NCBI GenBank assembly: GCA_963726245.1
Contig: CAVSBT010000025.1
Location: forward strand, 71,076 to 135,075
DNA length: 64,000 bases
Reading direction: 5' to 3'
From: an uncultured Chloroflexia bacterium
GTDB lineage: Bacteria > Chloroflexota > Dehalococcoidia > DSTF01 > JALHUB01
Shown here: piece by piece, positions 32,363 through 41,159 of the stretch
Layout: each line of letters starts with the position of its first letter
How positions within the stretch are numbered: position 1 is the first letter of the stretch
Program-made: the position numbers and the translations under genes
Notes under the pieces: model-generated
The model's database searches: none
Seen by the model: only the letters and a program-made list of their open reading frames with translations
Told to the model about the DNA's origin: nothing

Positions 32363-33406
32363 ATGGCTCTCGAACCTCTCCCGACAAGTGGAAGCTCCGC
32401 AGACCGGGACCCATCCCGCCGCGCACGCAGGCGCGTCTGGGCCCGGCGTGGCCTGCTCGTGGCCATTGGCATTACTTCCCTGGCGATGGGGGCATTCCTC
32501 ATTATGGGAGGCGGCCCTTCCGCCGGCCAGTCGGCCGGGACGGGCGCCACGGCGGCGCCGGCAAGTCCCGGCGCTCTCGCCCTTGGTGCAGGCGGCTACC
32601 TGACGCCGGACAGCATCGTCGGCGCGGAGCTGGGCGTAGGGCCGGCGGAGCCATACTCGGGCTCCGCAAGCGACGGCTCGCCGTCGGCGGGTCTTGCGGA
32701 GGGCGGTGCGCCCCCTTCGAGCGGCGGCCAGTCAGCCGCACCGGCAGCGCCCACGGAGGCAGCGCCGGCTTCGGCGCCGCCACCGCCTGCATCACCGACA
32801 GCCGCGCCGCCGGCGCCCACGCCTGTTCCGCCCACGCCGGTCCCGCCTGAGCCGCCCACGCCCGTTCTACTGACCGCTGTCGAGCCCCCGACGTCCACAC
32901 CTGTCCCGCCGACAGCGGTTCCCCCGCTACTGACGCCCACGCCACCGCCGCCGCCGCCGATTTCCCCGCCACCAGCATCGGCATCTCCGGCGGCGGTGGC
33001 AGGGGTAAGCCTGTCGCCGCTGGAGGCCGACTTCACCCGCCGTCTCAACGCGGAGCGCGCCGCCGCCGGCTTGCCGGCGCTTGCCGTCGACGGAGAGCTG
33101 GTCTCTATCGCCCGCGTCCGGTCCAACGACATGGCGAGCCGAGACTACTTCAGCCACACTAGTCCCGACGGTCAGACCGCCTTCACTCTCATTGACCAGC
33201 GGGGTATCTCTTACTCGTGGGCGGGCGAGAACCTGGCCCGCAACAACTACCCCCTGGCGGAAACCATAGCGGTCGCCGTCCGCGATCTGATGGCCAGCCC
33301 ACCTCACCGGGACAACATCCTCAGCCCCAACTACACGCGGCTGGGAGTGGGCTACGCGGACGACGGCAGCGGCATGCACTATTTCACCATGATCTTCGTG
33401 GGATAG
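32363..33406 (+). CDS. Membrane-anchored CAP (SCP/YkwD-like) domain protein with Pro/Thr-rich linker
   Basis: N-terminal TM, PTPVPP-rich linker, LNAERAAAGL..L, DMASRDYFSH, AGENLA and MASPPHRDNIL. Confidence 0.85.
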   Translation: MALEPLPTSGSSADRDPSRRARRRVWARRGLLVAIGITSLAMGAFLIMGGGPSAGQSAGTGATAAPASPGALALGAGGYLTPDSIVGAELGVGPAEPYSGSASDGSPSAGLAEGGAPPSSGGQSAAPAAPTEAAPASAPPPPASPTAAPPAPTPVPPTPVPPEPPTPVLLTAVEPPTSTPVPPTAVPPLLTPTPPPPPPISPPPASASPAAVAGVSLSPLEADFTRRLNAERAAAGLPALAVDGELVSIARVRSNDMASRDYFSHTSPDGQTAFTLIDQRGISYSWAGENLARNNYPLAETIAVAVRDLMASPPHRDNILSPNYTRLGVGYADDGSGMHYFTMIFVG

Positions 33407-33494
33407 GCGCATCTCTTCCCACAAGCCGGCCCGGGCCAGCCGTTAGCCAGCGGCTTCCTTCTCTCGTGGTGGAAAACGGGTTCTCTGAGTCTCT

Positions 33495-34853
33495 CTAGAG
33501 GTCGACGAAGTAGGATTCGCAGGCCTGGTCGATGAGGCCGGGTTCGAGAGCCGGCGCGCGGCCCCCGTAGCGCGCGATATCGTCTACTAACTCCACCAGG
33601 TCCCGCGGATGGCAGCCTCTCAGAGGCCGGCCGGTCTGCACGTAGTGGTGCTCCACGAGGTATGTTGCCCCCTCCTCGGAGAAGGGAATGCCTCTCTCCT
33701 GGCAGGCCCACTCCAAGATCCGGAGGAATTCCTCTTGGGTCGGGTTGGGGATCTCTATCTTGTGGCGGATGCGACGGAAGAAGGCCTCGTCGCCCAACTG
33801 GGCAGGCGGCAGGTTGGTGGAGAAGACCAGAAGCACGTCGAACGGGCTCTCGATACTCTCGCCTGTTTGCAGCACGAGGTGGTCTATGCCCTTGTCCATA
33901 GGCACGATCCAGCGGTTCAGGAGCTCCCGGGGCTGCACGATCTGGCGACCAAAGTCGTCGATGACCAGGGCACCGCCGTTGGCTTTCACCTGGAGGGGCG
34001 CCACGTAGAACTTAGAGACGGCATCGTACCGGAGCTCGAGGTCACGAAGGGTGAGCTCGCCGCCGGCCATAACGACTGGACGGCGGACGATGGCCCAGCG
34101 GCGGTCGCGGCGTCGCTCCAGCCCGTTCGGCATCGCGTTGTTCTCGTCGTCGTTGTTGCGACGCTCGAGCGGCGGAAAGGGCTCGGCTTCCTGGTGAGTC
34201 CGGGCGTCGAACACCTTGATGATCTGGCCGTTTATTTCAATTGCGTAAGGCACCAGTATTTGGCCGTCCAGCATCTCACCGATGGCTCTCGCCATGGTGC
34301 TCTTGCCGTTGCCGGAGCCGCCGTAGATGAGAATGGCCTTGCCGGAGTTGACGGCGGGGCCGATGCACCTTAGCGTGCGCTCGCTGAGAACAAGCGTGGA
34401 TAGAACTCTCTCAACGTCCTCCCTGCTCACGGAGAGGCGCCTGACAGACTGTCTGTCCAGGATCTCCAGATACGCCTGGAAGGGAACGGGCGCCGGGCCC
34501 ACATAGCGGTTCCGGGCCAGCACCTCATCCGCTTTTTCGGCGCCTTTGGTGGTGAGGGTGTACTGGTAGTTCTGCTCTCCAATGCCAGGGCTGGCGACAA
34601 CCTCGCAGAACTGCTCTCGCTTGAGAAAGGTGAGGACCTCCTGAACGATGTGGAAGCTCAGTGCTAGCTGCGAGGAGACGACGCGCGCCTTCGGACGGCC
34701 GCCGTAGTACAGCGCCTTGACACACAAATCGACCAGAAGGCCGTAATCGAGGCCGGTCTCCTCGACCGTTTGCGGCTGCGGAACGAATGGCGCCTCGCGA
34801 GGGTCCTCTTCTTCCTCTTCGATGCGAACTACGGCGCCGGTCACGTTGGTCAC
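33495..34853 (-). CDS. Uncharacterised AAA+ family ATPase
   Basis: Walker A GGSGNGKST, Walker B-like LVIDDFGRQ, FSTNL and DEAFFRRI; N-terminal P.TVEETGL winged-helix-like part. Confidence 0.8.
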   Translation of the reverse strand: MTNVTGAVVRIEEEEEDPREAPFVPQPQTVEETGLDYGLLVDLCVKALYYGGRPKARVVSSQLALSFHIVQEVLTFLKREQFCEVVASPGIGEQNYQYTLTTKGAEKADEVLARNRYVGPAPVPFQAYLEILDRQSVRRLSVSREDVERVLSTLVLSERTLRCIGPAVNSGKAILIYGGSGNGKSTMARAIGEMLDGQILVPYAIEINGQIIKVFDARTHQEAEPFPPLERRNNDDENNAMPNGLERRRDRRWAIVRRPVVMAGGELTLRDLELRYDAVSKFYVAPLQVKANGGALVIDDFGRQIVQPRELLNRWIVPMDKGIDHLVLQTGESIESPFDVLLVFSTNLPPAQLGDEAFFRRIRHKIEIPNPTQEEFLRILEWACQERGIPFSEEGATYLVEHHYVQTGRPLRGCHPRDLVELVDDIARYGGRAPALEPGLIDQACESYFVDL

Positions 34854-34978
34854 GGGCTAGTCCTCTTTAGGGGAGAGCGACAGCGCTGGCCGGGGGCCTG
34901 CCACCGCGTTCCGCCGCTGGCATTCAGTAGGCTCGTCGTTCCGGCGCCTCTTTCCTGAAGGCGCCGCCCCACGCCCCC

Positions 34979-35419
34979 TCATCCCGCCAGCAAAAGCTCC
35001 CGGGCCAGGTCCCCCCAACTGAAGAGGACTGCCGAAAGCTTAAAGGACCGGAAGGAGGTGAGGACGCCTTCCTCGTACCAGCGGTCTATAACCTCGCGCA
35101 GACGGGCGGTTACGTCGCCCTCGCCATAGAAGTCCTGCGGCCGCAGCACTCCGAAACCAAGTGTAGCGACCTCCTGGTTCTCGGGGCCCACGACCGCCAG
35201 CACCAGGGTCACGTAGTCCAGGCCATAGGGCTTGCGCATTCGCGCCAGGGACTCGTGGCACCACTCCAGGATCCGCTCCGAAAGGGCCGGCCTTCCCAGC
35301 TCAACCTGGGTTGGCAGGTCCCAGTACCCATTGTAGACTCCGACGCCCGCGTCGATGGCCTGCCGTACCTTCGAACGAATGCTGCCTTTTCGCAGCCGGC
35401 GCACCAGGGGCTGGAGCAT
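34979..35419 (-). CDS. Hypothetical protein
   Basis: Globular-looking ORF (MLQPLVRRLRKG...) after RBS-like GGAGG, upstream of the ATPase on the same strand. Confidence 0.6.
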   Translation of the reverse strand: MLQPLVRRLRKGSIRSKVRQAIDAGVGVYNGYWDLPTQVELGRPALSERILEWCHESLARMRKPYGLDYVTLVLAVVGPENQEVATLGFGVLRPQDFYGEGDVTARLREVIDRWYEEGVLTSFRSFKLSAVLFSWGDLARELLLAG

Positions 35420-35469
35420 GGCTGCCGCCTCCGTTGGCTTTGCACCAGATGCCGCACTTCTCAACAGGA

Positions 35470-35496
35470 TTATCGGCACGGAGAGACCGGCCTTTC
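35470..35496 (-). promoter_or_regulatory. sigma28-like promoter candidate
   Basis: Minus-strand GAAA-N15-GCCGATAA (perfect -10). Confidence 0.5.
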
Positions 35497-35541
35497 AGGA
35501 GACGGTCGAAAGGCAGGCGCAGGCCAGGCGCCGGTGACACA

Positions 35542-35574
35542 AGAAGGGCGACGGTTGAAACCGTCGCCCCTTCT
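35542..35574 (-). terminator. Intrinsic terminator downstream of the Thr/Pro-repeat gene
   Basis: GGGCGACGGT-TTCA-ACCGTCGCCC followed by TTCTTGTGT on the minus strand. Confidence 0.65.
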
Positions 35575-35596
35575 ATCTAGCGCTTGTCGAACGCTG

Positions 35597-37445
35597 TTAC
35601 CGGTCTATGTCCGAGGGTCGGGTGTGAAGACCGCCGAAGAGGAGAATCAGGCCGGCCGCTGCGAAGAGGCCTCCCAAGACTGTCGGCCAGGGGAACGAGC
35701 CATCGCCGGGCCCGCTACCGGCCCTGGGCAGCGCCCTTACCACGGGCGTGGCCACGGGCAGCACCTGCGAGAAGGGGGTGCGCGTCGGCGTCGCCGCCCT
35801 GGCAGTGGGAAGCACGACGCTGCTCCGAGTCGCTGTCGCTGTCGGCGTGTCGCTCGGCGTCGCGGTCTTGGTCGGCGTCGCCGTGTTGGTCGGCGTGTTG
35901 GTCACCGTCGCCGTGTTGGTAGGCGTGTTCGTCACCGTCGGCGTGTTGGTGGGCGTGTTCGTCACCGTCGCCGTCTCCGTAGGCGTCCTCGTCTTGGTAG
36001 GCGTGTTCGTCGGTGTAGCCGTGTCAGTCGGCGTGCTCGTCGGCGTAGCCGTGTCAGTCGGCGTGCTCGTCGGCGTAGCCGTGTCGGTAGGCGTGCTCGT
36101 GGGCGTAGCCGTGTCGGTAGGCGTGCTCGTCGGCGTAGCCGTGTCAGTCGGCGTGCTCGTCGGCGTAGCCGTGTCGGTCGGCGTGCTCGTGGGCGTAGCC
36201 GTGTCAGTCGGCGTGCTCGTCGGCGTAGCCGTGTCGGTCGGCGTGCTCGTGGGCGTAGCCGTGTCGGTAGGCGTGCTCGTCGGCGTAGCCGTGTCAGTCG
36301 GCGTGCTCGTGGGCGTAGCCGTGTCGGTAGGCGTGCTCGTCGGCGTAGCCGTGTCGGTAGGCGTGCTCGTCGGCGTAGCCGTGTCAGTCGGCGTGCTCGT
36401 CGGCGTAGCCGTGTCGGTAGGCGTGCTCGTCGGCGTAGCCGTGTCGGTCGGCGTGCTCGTCGGCGTAGCCGTGTCAGTGGCGTGCTGGTCGGCGTGTTGT
36501 GGCGTGGCGTGCTCGTGGGCGTGTTCGTGGCCGTCGGCGTCCTGGTCGGCGTATTCGTAGCCGTTGGCGTCCTGGTCGGCGTAGGCGTCTTCGTGTGACA
36601 CGGTGGCGTCGGCGTCTTGGTTGGCGTCTTAGTAGCCGGCGTGGCGTCGGCGTCTGGTGGGCGTGTTCGTGGCCGTGGGCGTCGGCGTGGGAGTGGGTGT
36701 CTTGTGACACGGTGGCGTCGGCGTCGGCGTATTCTCCGGGCAGTGATGCTGCGAGGTGTGGCCAAGGAATGTGATCGGGAGAATGCTCTCCGACTCGACG
36801 CACTCCTGGGGCGTCGGCGTGGGCGTGGGAGTGTCGGTCGACGTGCTGGTAGGAGTCGGCGTCTTTGTGCGTGTGCTGGTCGGCGTTCTTGTGCGCGTCG
36901 GCGTGCTGGTGGCCGTGAGCGTCGGCGTGCTCGTGCTCGTAGCCGTCGGCGTACTGGTGGCGGTGGGCGTCGGCGTGCTTGTGGCCGTCGGCGTGGGAGT
37001 GTTGGTAGCCGTCGGCGTTGGCGTGCTCGTGGCCGTTGGCGTCGGCGTGTTGACGGCGGTCGGAGTGGGTGTGTTGGTGGCCGTCGCCGTCGGCGTGTCG
37101 GTGGGTGTCGGCGTGGGCGTTGGCGTGTCGGTGGCTGTGGCCGTCGGCGTACTGGTTGAGCGTCGGCGTGCTGGTGCTGTCGGCGTCGGCGTGCTGCTAG
37201 ACCGGATGGCGGGCAGCCGGGGTGATCGTGGCCGATCACCCGTGGGAGCGCAGTGGACACCGTTCTCGACGTTCGGGGGCGTGTGATCCGTCGCCTGGGC
37301 CTGATTCGCCGGAGAGAGCCACCGCTACCCCCAGGCTCAGGGCCAGGGCCAGCGCCATGCCCACGCCGGTGAGGAGGCGCGCCCGGCCCCTGTCCTCGCT
37401 CAGTAGCCTCTGAAGTCTCCGAATGACGTTAGTTCCGCTGCTCAT
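35597..37445 (-). CDS. Thr/Pro tandem-repeat (mucin-like) surface protein with N-terminal TM/leader and C-terminal LPRAG+TM anchor; several frameshifts
   Basis: N-terminal ORF 37236-37445 (basic leader plus hydrophobic helix); TPT repeats on the minus strand from about 37200 to 35800; C-terminus [38 protein letters not shown]. Confidence 0.75.
36001..36480. repeat. About 16 tandem copies of a 30-bp unit encoding [10 protein letters not shown]
   Basis: GCGTGCTCGTSGGCGTAGCCGTGTCRGTMG repeated head-to-tail, with variation at synonymous positions. Confidence 0.95.
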
Positions 37446-37471
37446 TTAATGGCTGCCTGTCGATGCGCTAC

Positions 37472-37519
37472 AAATAAAACGCCGCCGCCTTCACCGCCTA
37501 CCGGTAAGAAGGCCGCGGC
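37472..37519 (-). terminator. Expression-platform terminator of the gene-proximal riboswitch
   Basis: GCCGCGGCCTTC...GAAGGCGGCGGC followed by GTTTTATTT on the minus strand. Confidence 0.7.
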
Positions 37520-37539
37520 TGAAGACTCTCCGAGAGCGC

Positions 37540-37695
37540 TCTCTTCGGCAGCCCGGCTGTCGTAGCCCCCCACCTCCGCCTTGCGGCGGGCCCCGCCGGG
37601 GGCGGCAGACTGTAGACCCGTGGCTTTGCGCCCGCTCATCGCGGGTCCCCGTCCCTGGGGGTAACGCGGTTTCCCGCGTCTCGCCTTTTCGGAGA
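37540..37695 (-). ncRNA. c-di-GMP-I (GEMM) riboswitch-like aptamer A, with a 30-nt P2 insertion and an enlarged P3
   Basis: Minus strand: CCGAAAAGGCGAG-ACGCGG-GAAA-CCGCGT...GGCGCAAAGCCACGGGTCTAC...CTACGACAGCCGGGCTGCCGAAGAG. Confidence 0.82.
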
Positions 37696-37796
37696 TCTTT
37701 ATTCAGTTGTCCAGGATTACGATATGTATCCTAGGGGTCCCAGGGCCCCGTCTCAGGGCCCCGCCTTCCCCTTGCCGGGCCCCGAGACCCCTAGAA

Positions 37797-37833
37797 TCGT
37801 CAACCCGCTGCCTTCAGTCTGGAAAGCGGCGGG
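37797..37833 (-). terminator. Putative terminator hairpin after the distal riboswitch
   Basis: CCCGCCGCTTTC-CAGACT-GAAGGCAGCGGG followed by a weak U tract (TTGACGATT). Confidence 0.5.
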
Positions 37834-37853
37834 CTGAAGACTCACCGATGGCC

Positions 37854-38009
37854 TCTCTTCGGTAGCCCGGCGGTCGTAGCGCATTGGCCGTAGACCCGTG
37901 GCTTTGCGTCCTCCAACCGCTAAGGATTGGAGGGGCGGGCGACCCGTTCGGTAGCTGTGCCTATGGGCCTCTCGCCAGTACGGTTTCCCGTACCTTGCCC
38001 TTTCGGAGA
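37854..38009 (-). ncRNA. c-di-GMP-I (GEMM) riboswitch-like aptamer B, with a 66-nt P2 insertion
   Basis: Minus strand: CCGAAAGGGCAAG-GTACGG-GAAA-CCGTAC...GACGCAAAGCCACGGGTCTAC...CTACGACCGCCGGGCTACCGAAGAG. Confidence 0.82.
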
Positions 38010-38237
38010 CGTATTCTTGATGTCCAGGTTCAGGGCTCGAGGCTTGGCCATCTTCCTTTCGGCCGCTGCCTCCGCCTTCAACCCGGTCTTCGCCTCCTTG
38101 CGGGTTACGGACCGGAGAAAAGACTGACGATATTTAGGGATGAGGTTAGCTTGACACCATTGGCTGGCTCAATGCGCCTGCAGTCTGCCACAGCCGATAG
38201 AAGAATGTCAAGTAACTATGCCTTCTCCTATGAAACT

Positions 38238-38265
38238 GTAACGCCCGCTTGGGACGTTTGTTACA
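38238..38265 (-). promoter_or_regulatory. ECF (BldN-like) promoter candidate for the riboswitch leader
   Basis: Minus-strand TGTAAC-N16-CGTTAC; a sigma70-like TTGACA (38206-38211)...CAGACT also lies on this strand. Confidence 0.45.
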
Positions 38266-38440
38266 TGCCGTGAACCAAGACGAAGCCTCCATGCAACTCG
38301 TGCGGGCGACACATCAGCAAGAGCCGAGACTACCATGCTCCGAAAAGCGGATGGGTGACGGCCGCTCGCCGGTTTCGTGCCGCGCAGCGACTAAACCGCC
38401 GCCGGACGGAACCGAAACTAGAGTCAGAGGGACCCACAGC

Positions 38441-40379
38441 ATGATGCTAAGGCGCTGGCTCTCAGCAGCGTTCATAACCCTTGTCTGCACTTCCAGGGCG
38501 ATAGCGGCCGCGGGCAGTGGTGAGCTCGGTGTAGATATCGCCAGCCTCGAAACCGGCAGCGCCGGCGACGTGACAGCCGTGGTCAGCGTCTTAGACGCTT
38601 CGGGGCGGCCCGTCCTCGGCCTCACGAAGGACAACTTCGTCGTACGCATCGGCGTCGAGGGTGCCGGACAGGCAGGATCACCGGCCCCTATCAGCCAGGT
38701 GACGGCCGCCGTCAACTCCAATATTGGTGTCGCGGTGGTGCTGGCCGTGGACGTCAGTGGAAGCATGGAGGGCGATCCGCTGGTCCAGGCCCGGGCAGCG
38801 GCGCGCACCTTCGTGGAGGGACTGGCGCCCACGGATAGTGCAGCTCTGGTTACGTTCGGCGACGCCGTGACGCCTGTCCTTGACTTCACCACCGATCGAG
38901 GCGCCGTCTTCGCGGGTCTGGACTCGCTTCAGGGCGCCGGCAACACTGCCCTCTACCAGGCGACGAGTGTCAGCTCCTACATCGCGGCCTCCGCACAGAC
39001 CCAGCGCAAGGCCGTCATTCTCCTTAGCGATGGCGTGGACTACGGAAACCGCAGCAGCATCAGTCGGGAGGCTTCCCTGCAACAAGCGGCGGCGGTGGGG
39101 GCCCCCTTCTTCACCATCGGGCTGGGCAGCGACATCGATCGCGCCTATCTTGAGGCCCTGGCTCAGGGTACGGGCGGCCGCTTTCTGGAGACGCCGACGC
39201 CCCAGGGCCTGAGCGAGCTCTATCGTGCCATTGGCGATTTCCTGCGCAGCCAGTATGTCGTCACACTGAGCGCCGGGACCGTGGACCGGGCGCAGCCCCT
39301 AACGCTGGAGATCGAGGCGACGGTGGGCAGCGCTTCCGGCCTAGCCCACAAGACGCTGGCTGCCGCGGCGACGCCGCCCGCAACCGAGCCTACCATGATA
39401 ACGGTACAGGGCCTGGCATCCGGCGCGAAGATCGACGCACCCGTAAGGCTCTCACTCCAGGTCGCGGGCCAGCCGCCGCCAAGCACATTGCGCGTCACAG
39501 TGGATGGCTCTCCTCTTGCCGAGCTGGCGTCGCCGCCCTATGAGGTGAGCCTGGACCCAGCAGCCTATGCCGCTGGGCATCACGTATTGCGGGTGGAGGC
39601 CGTCGACGCGGCCCCTGGCGTAGGAGCTGTCGAGCTGGGCTTCCTGGCAGCGAGGCCCTCCGGAGGCGGCCCGTCGCCCGCTCTCTTGGCGATGGGAGCG
39701 GTCCTGCTGCTGTTGGCTGCTGCGGGGGCGTTGGGCCTGCTGGTGCTCGCCCGTCGAGCGCCGCCGGCGCCCGCGCTGGCGGGCCGCGTCCGCCCCTGGT
39801 CCTCGCGTCGCAACGGAGAGCCCGAGCCCTGGGAGTCACACTCCGGCGAGGCTCCTACTCTGAGCGACGAGCCTCTGGGCCGTCTGGTCATGGCCTCTGG
39901 TCTGCGGCAAGGAGAGGCGATCGAGATTGGCGCCCGTCCGCGGCGCCTGGGCTCCTCGCCCTCCTGCGACCTGGTGCTGGCAAGCGACGACGGGAGCATC
40001 GCCCCGGAAGAGGCCCGCGTGTGGGTTAGCGAGGGGCGGCTCATGTACCACAAGCTTACCCGCCTCGCCACCTTCGCCACCGATAGTCCCCCCGGTGGCT
40101 GGTTTGTGCTTCAGCCCGGCGAGGAGATGCGAGTGGGCCCGTACAGACCTCATCTTTGAGCTGCTGTTGCCAAGCGACGGTGTTGAGGAAGCGCTCGCGG
40201 CGCTAGAGCAATCGAAGACAGTGCAGTCGTCAGGCCAGAAGGAAGAAGCGAGCCGGCTCGCCGGGTGACCCGGAAGATCAGCCGAGGACGAACAGACGCC
40301 TGCGCCTGAGCCTGCGCCTGCGCCCGAGCCCGAAGCGGCGCCAGAGGACGACTTTGATACTGGCGGCGAAGGTGACTGA
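38441..40379 (+). CDS. vWA domain + Ig-like domain + TM + degenerate FHA-like domain protein; 3' end frameshifted near 40150
   Basis: Signal peptide; MIDAS DVSGSM, GNTALY and LLSDG; TM LLAMGAVLLLLAAAGALGLLVL; FHA-like RLGSSPSCDLVL; acidic PAPEP tail in the shifted frame. Confidence 0.75.
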
Positions 40380-40456
40380 CGGCGCATCATCGACCGGCCC
40401 ATCCCGGCAAGGTTCCAAGGTTCTAAGATTCTAACGTTCCATCACCTGAAATCCCC

Positions 40457-40483
40457 TCAACTCGTGTCTTCTGCTGCCGATCC
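40457..40483 (+). promoter_or_regulatory. sigma28-like promoter candidate upstream of the ECF sigma
   Basis: TCAA-N15-GCCGATCC. Confidence 0.45.
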
Positions 40484-40484
40484 T

Positions 40485-40546
40485 ACATAAGGGAACACCC
40501 TAACGGCGGCGCGGGGAAACCCTAACGACGGTCCCGCAGAACCCTA
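40485..40546 (+). promoter_or_regulatory. Phased operator array (ACCCTA x3 at 22-bp intervals)
   Basis: ACCCTA at 40497, 40519 and 40541; first site ACATAAGGGAACACCCTAAC is 18/20 identical to 42636-42655. Confidence 0.6.
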
Positions 40547-40575
40547 TGTAACGATTCGACCACCAGGGTCGTTTG
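40547..40575 (+). promoter_or_regulatory. Autoregulatory ECF promoter candidate
   Basis: TGTAAC-N17-CGTTTG just upstream of the ECF sigma start. Confidence 0.55.
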
Positions 40576-40592
40576 TAGTACGCGAGAACTGG

Positions 40593-41159
40593 ATGCTGAA
40601 GCTCGACCTTCGGCGCGTCGACGACGAGCGGCTGCTCATCGAAAGGGCGACTGGGCGGGATGCCGAGGCCTTCGGCGAGCTTTACGACATGCACGTCGTG
40701 CGCGTCTACCGCCACATCTACTACCTCGTCAATAGCGTTAGCGAAGCGGAAGACCTGACCGCCCAGACTTTCCTTCAGGCCTGGGAGGCCGTGGACCGGT
40801 ACGAGGACCGAGGGGTACCTTTTGCATCCTGGCTGCTGCGCATCGCCCACAACCTGGCCATCAGCCACCTGCGGTCGCGGCGTGAGGGCAACCAGTTGCA
40901 CGAAGGGTTGGAGGACCACGACCGCTTCCGCAACCCGGAGAAAGTGGCCGAAAGACAGGCTGACGAGCAGCGTGTCCGACAGGCCATTCTCCAGTTGGGC
41001 AATGAACAGCGACAGGTGATTATCCTGCGCTTCGTAGAGGACCTGGAGTATCGCGAGGTGGCCCTAATCACCGGCAAGAGCGTGGCCGCGGTGCGCGTCA
41101 TCCAGCACCGCGCGCTCTGCGCCCTTCGCAAGCTGATGAAAGCAGAAAGCGTTGGTTAG
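40593..41159 (+). CDS. ECF RNA polymerase sigma factor
   Basis: AFGELYD..V.RVYRHIYY, AEDLTAQTFLQAW and FASWLLRIAHN; region 4 QRQVIILRF...EVA.ITGKSVAAVRVIQHRAL. Confidence 0.93.
   Translation: MLKLDLRRVDDERLLIERATGRDAEAFGELYDMHVVRVYRHIYYLVNSVSEAEDLTAQTFLQAWEAVDRYEDRGVPFASWLLRIAHNLAISHLRSRREGNQLHEGLEDHDRFRNPEKVAERQADEQRVRQAILQLGNEQRQVIILRFVEDLEYREVALITGKSVAAVRVIQHRALCALRKLMKAESVG

Noticed and set aside
35880-36480. Regular 30-bp repeats as a CRISPR array
   Set aside because: Head-to-tail with no unique spacers, synonymous variation only, no cas genes; it is a coding repeat
35255-37286. Arg-rich and Val/Gly-rich ORFs on other frames and strands
   Set aside because: Shadow translations of the Thr/Pro repeat gene
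37540-38009. Aptamers as 3',3'-cGAMP (GEMM-Ib) riboswitches
   Set aside because: Both have G, not A, at the position equivalent to 20
40266-40268. In-frame TGA in the vWA-FHA tail as selenocysteine or readthrough
   Set aside because: Lies in a low-complexity acidic tail next to other indel errors; no redox motif or evident SECIS
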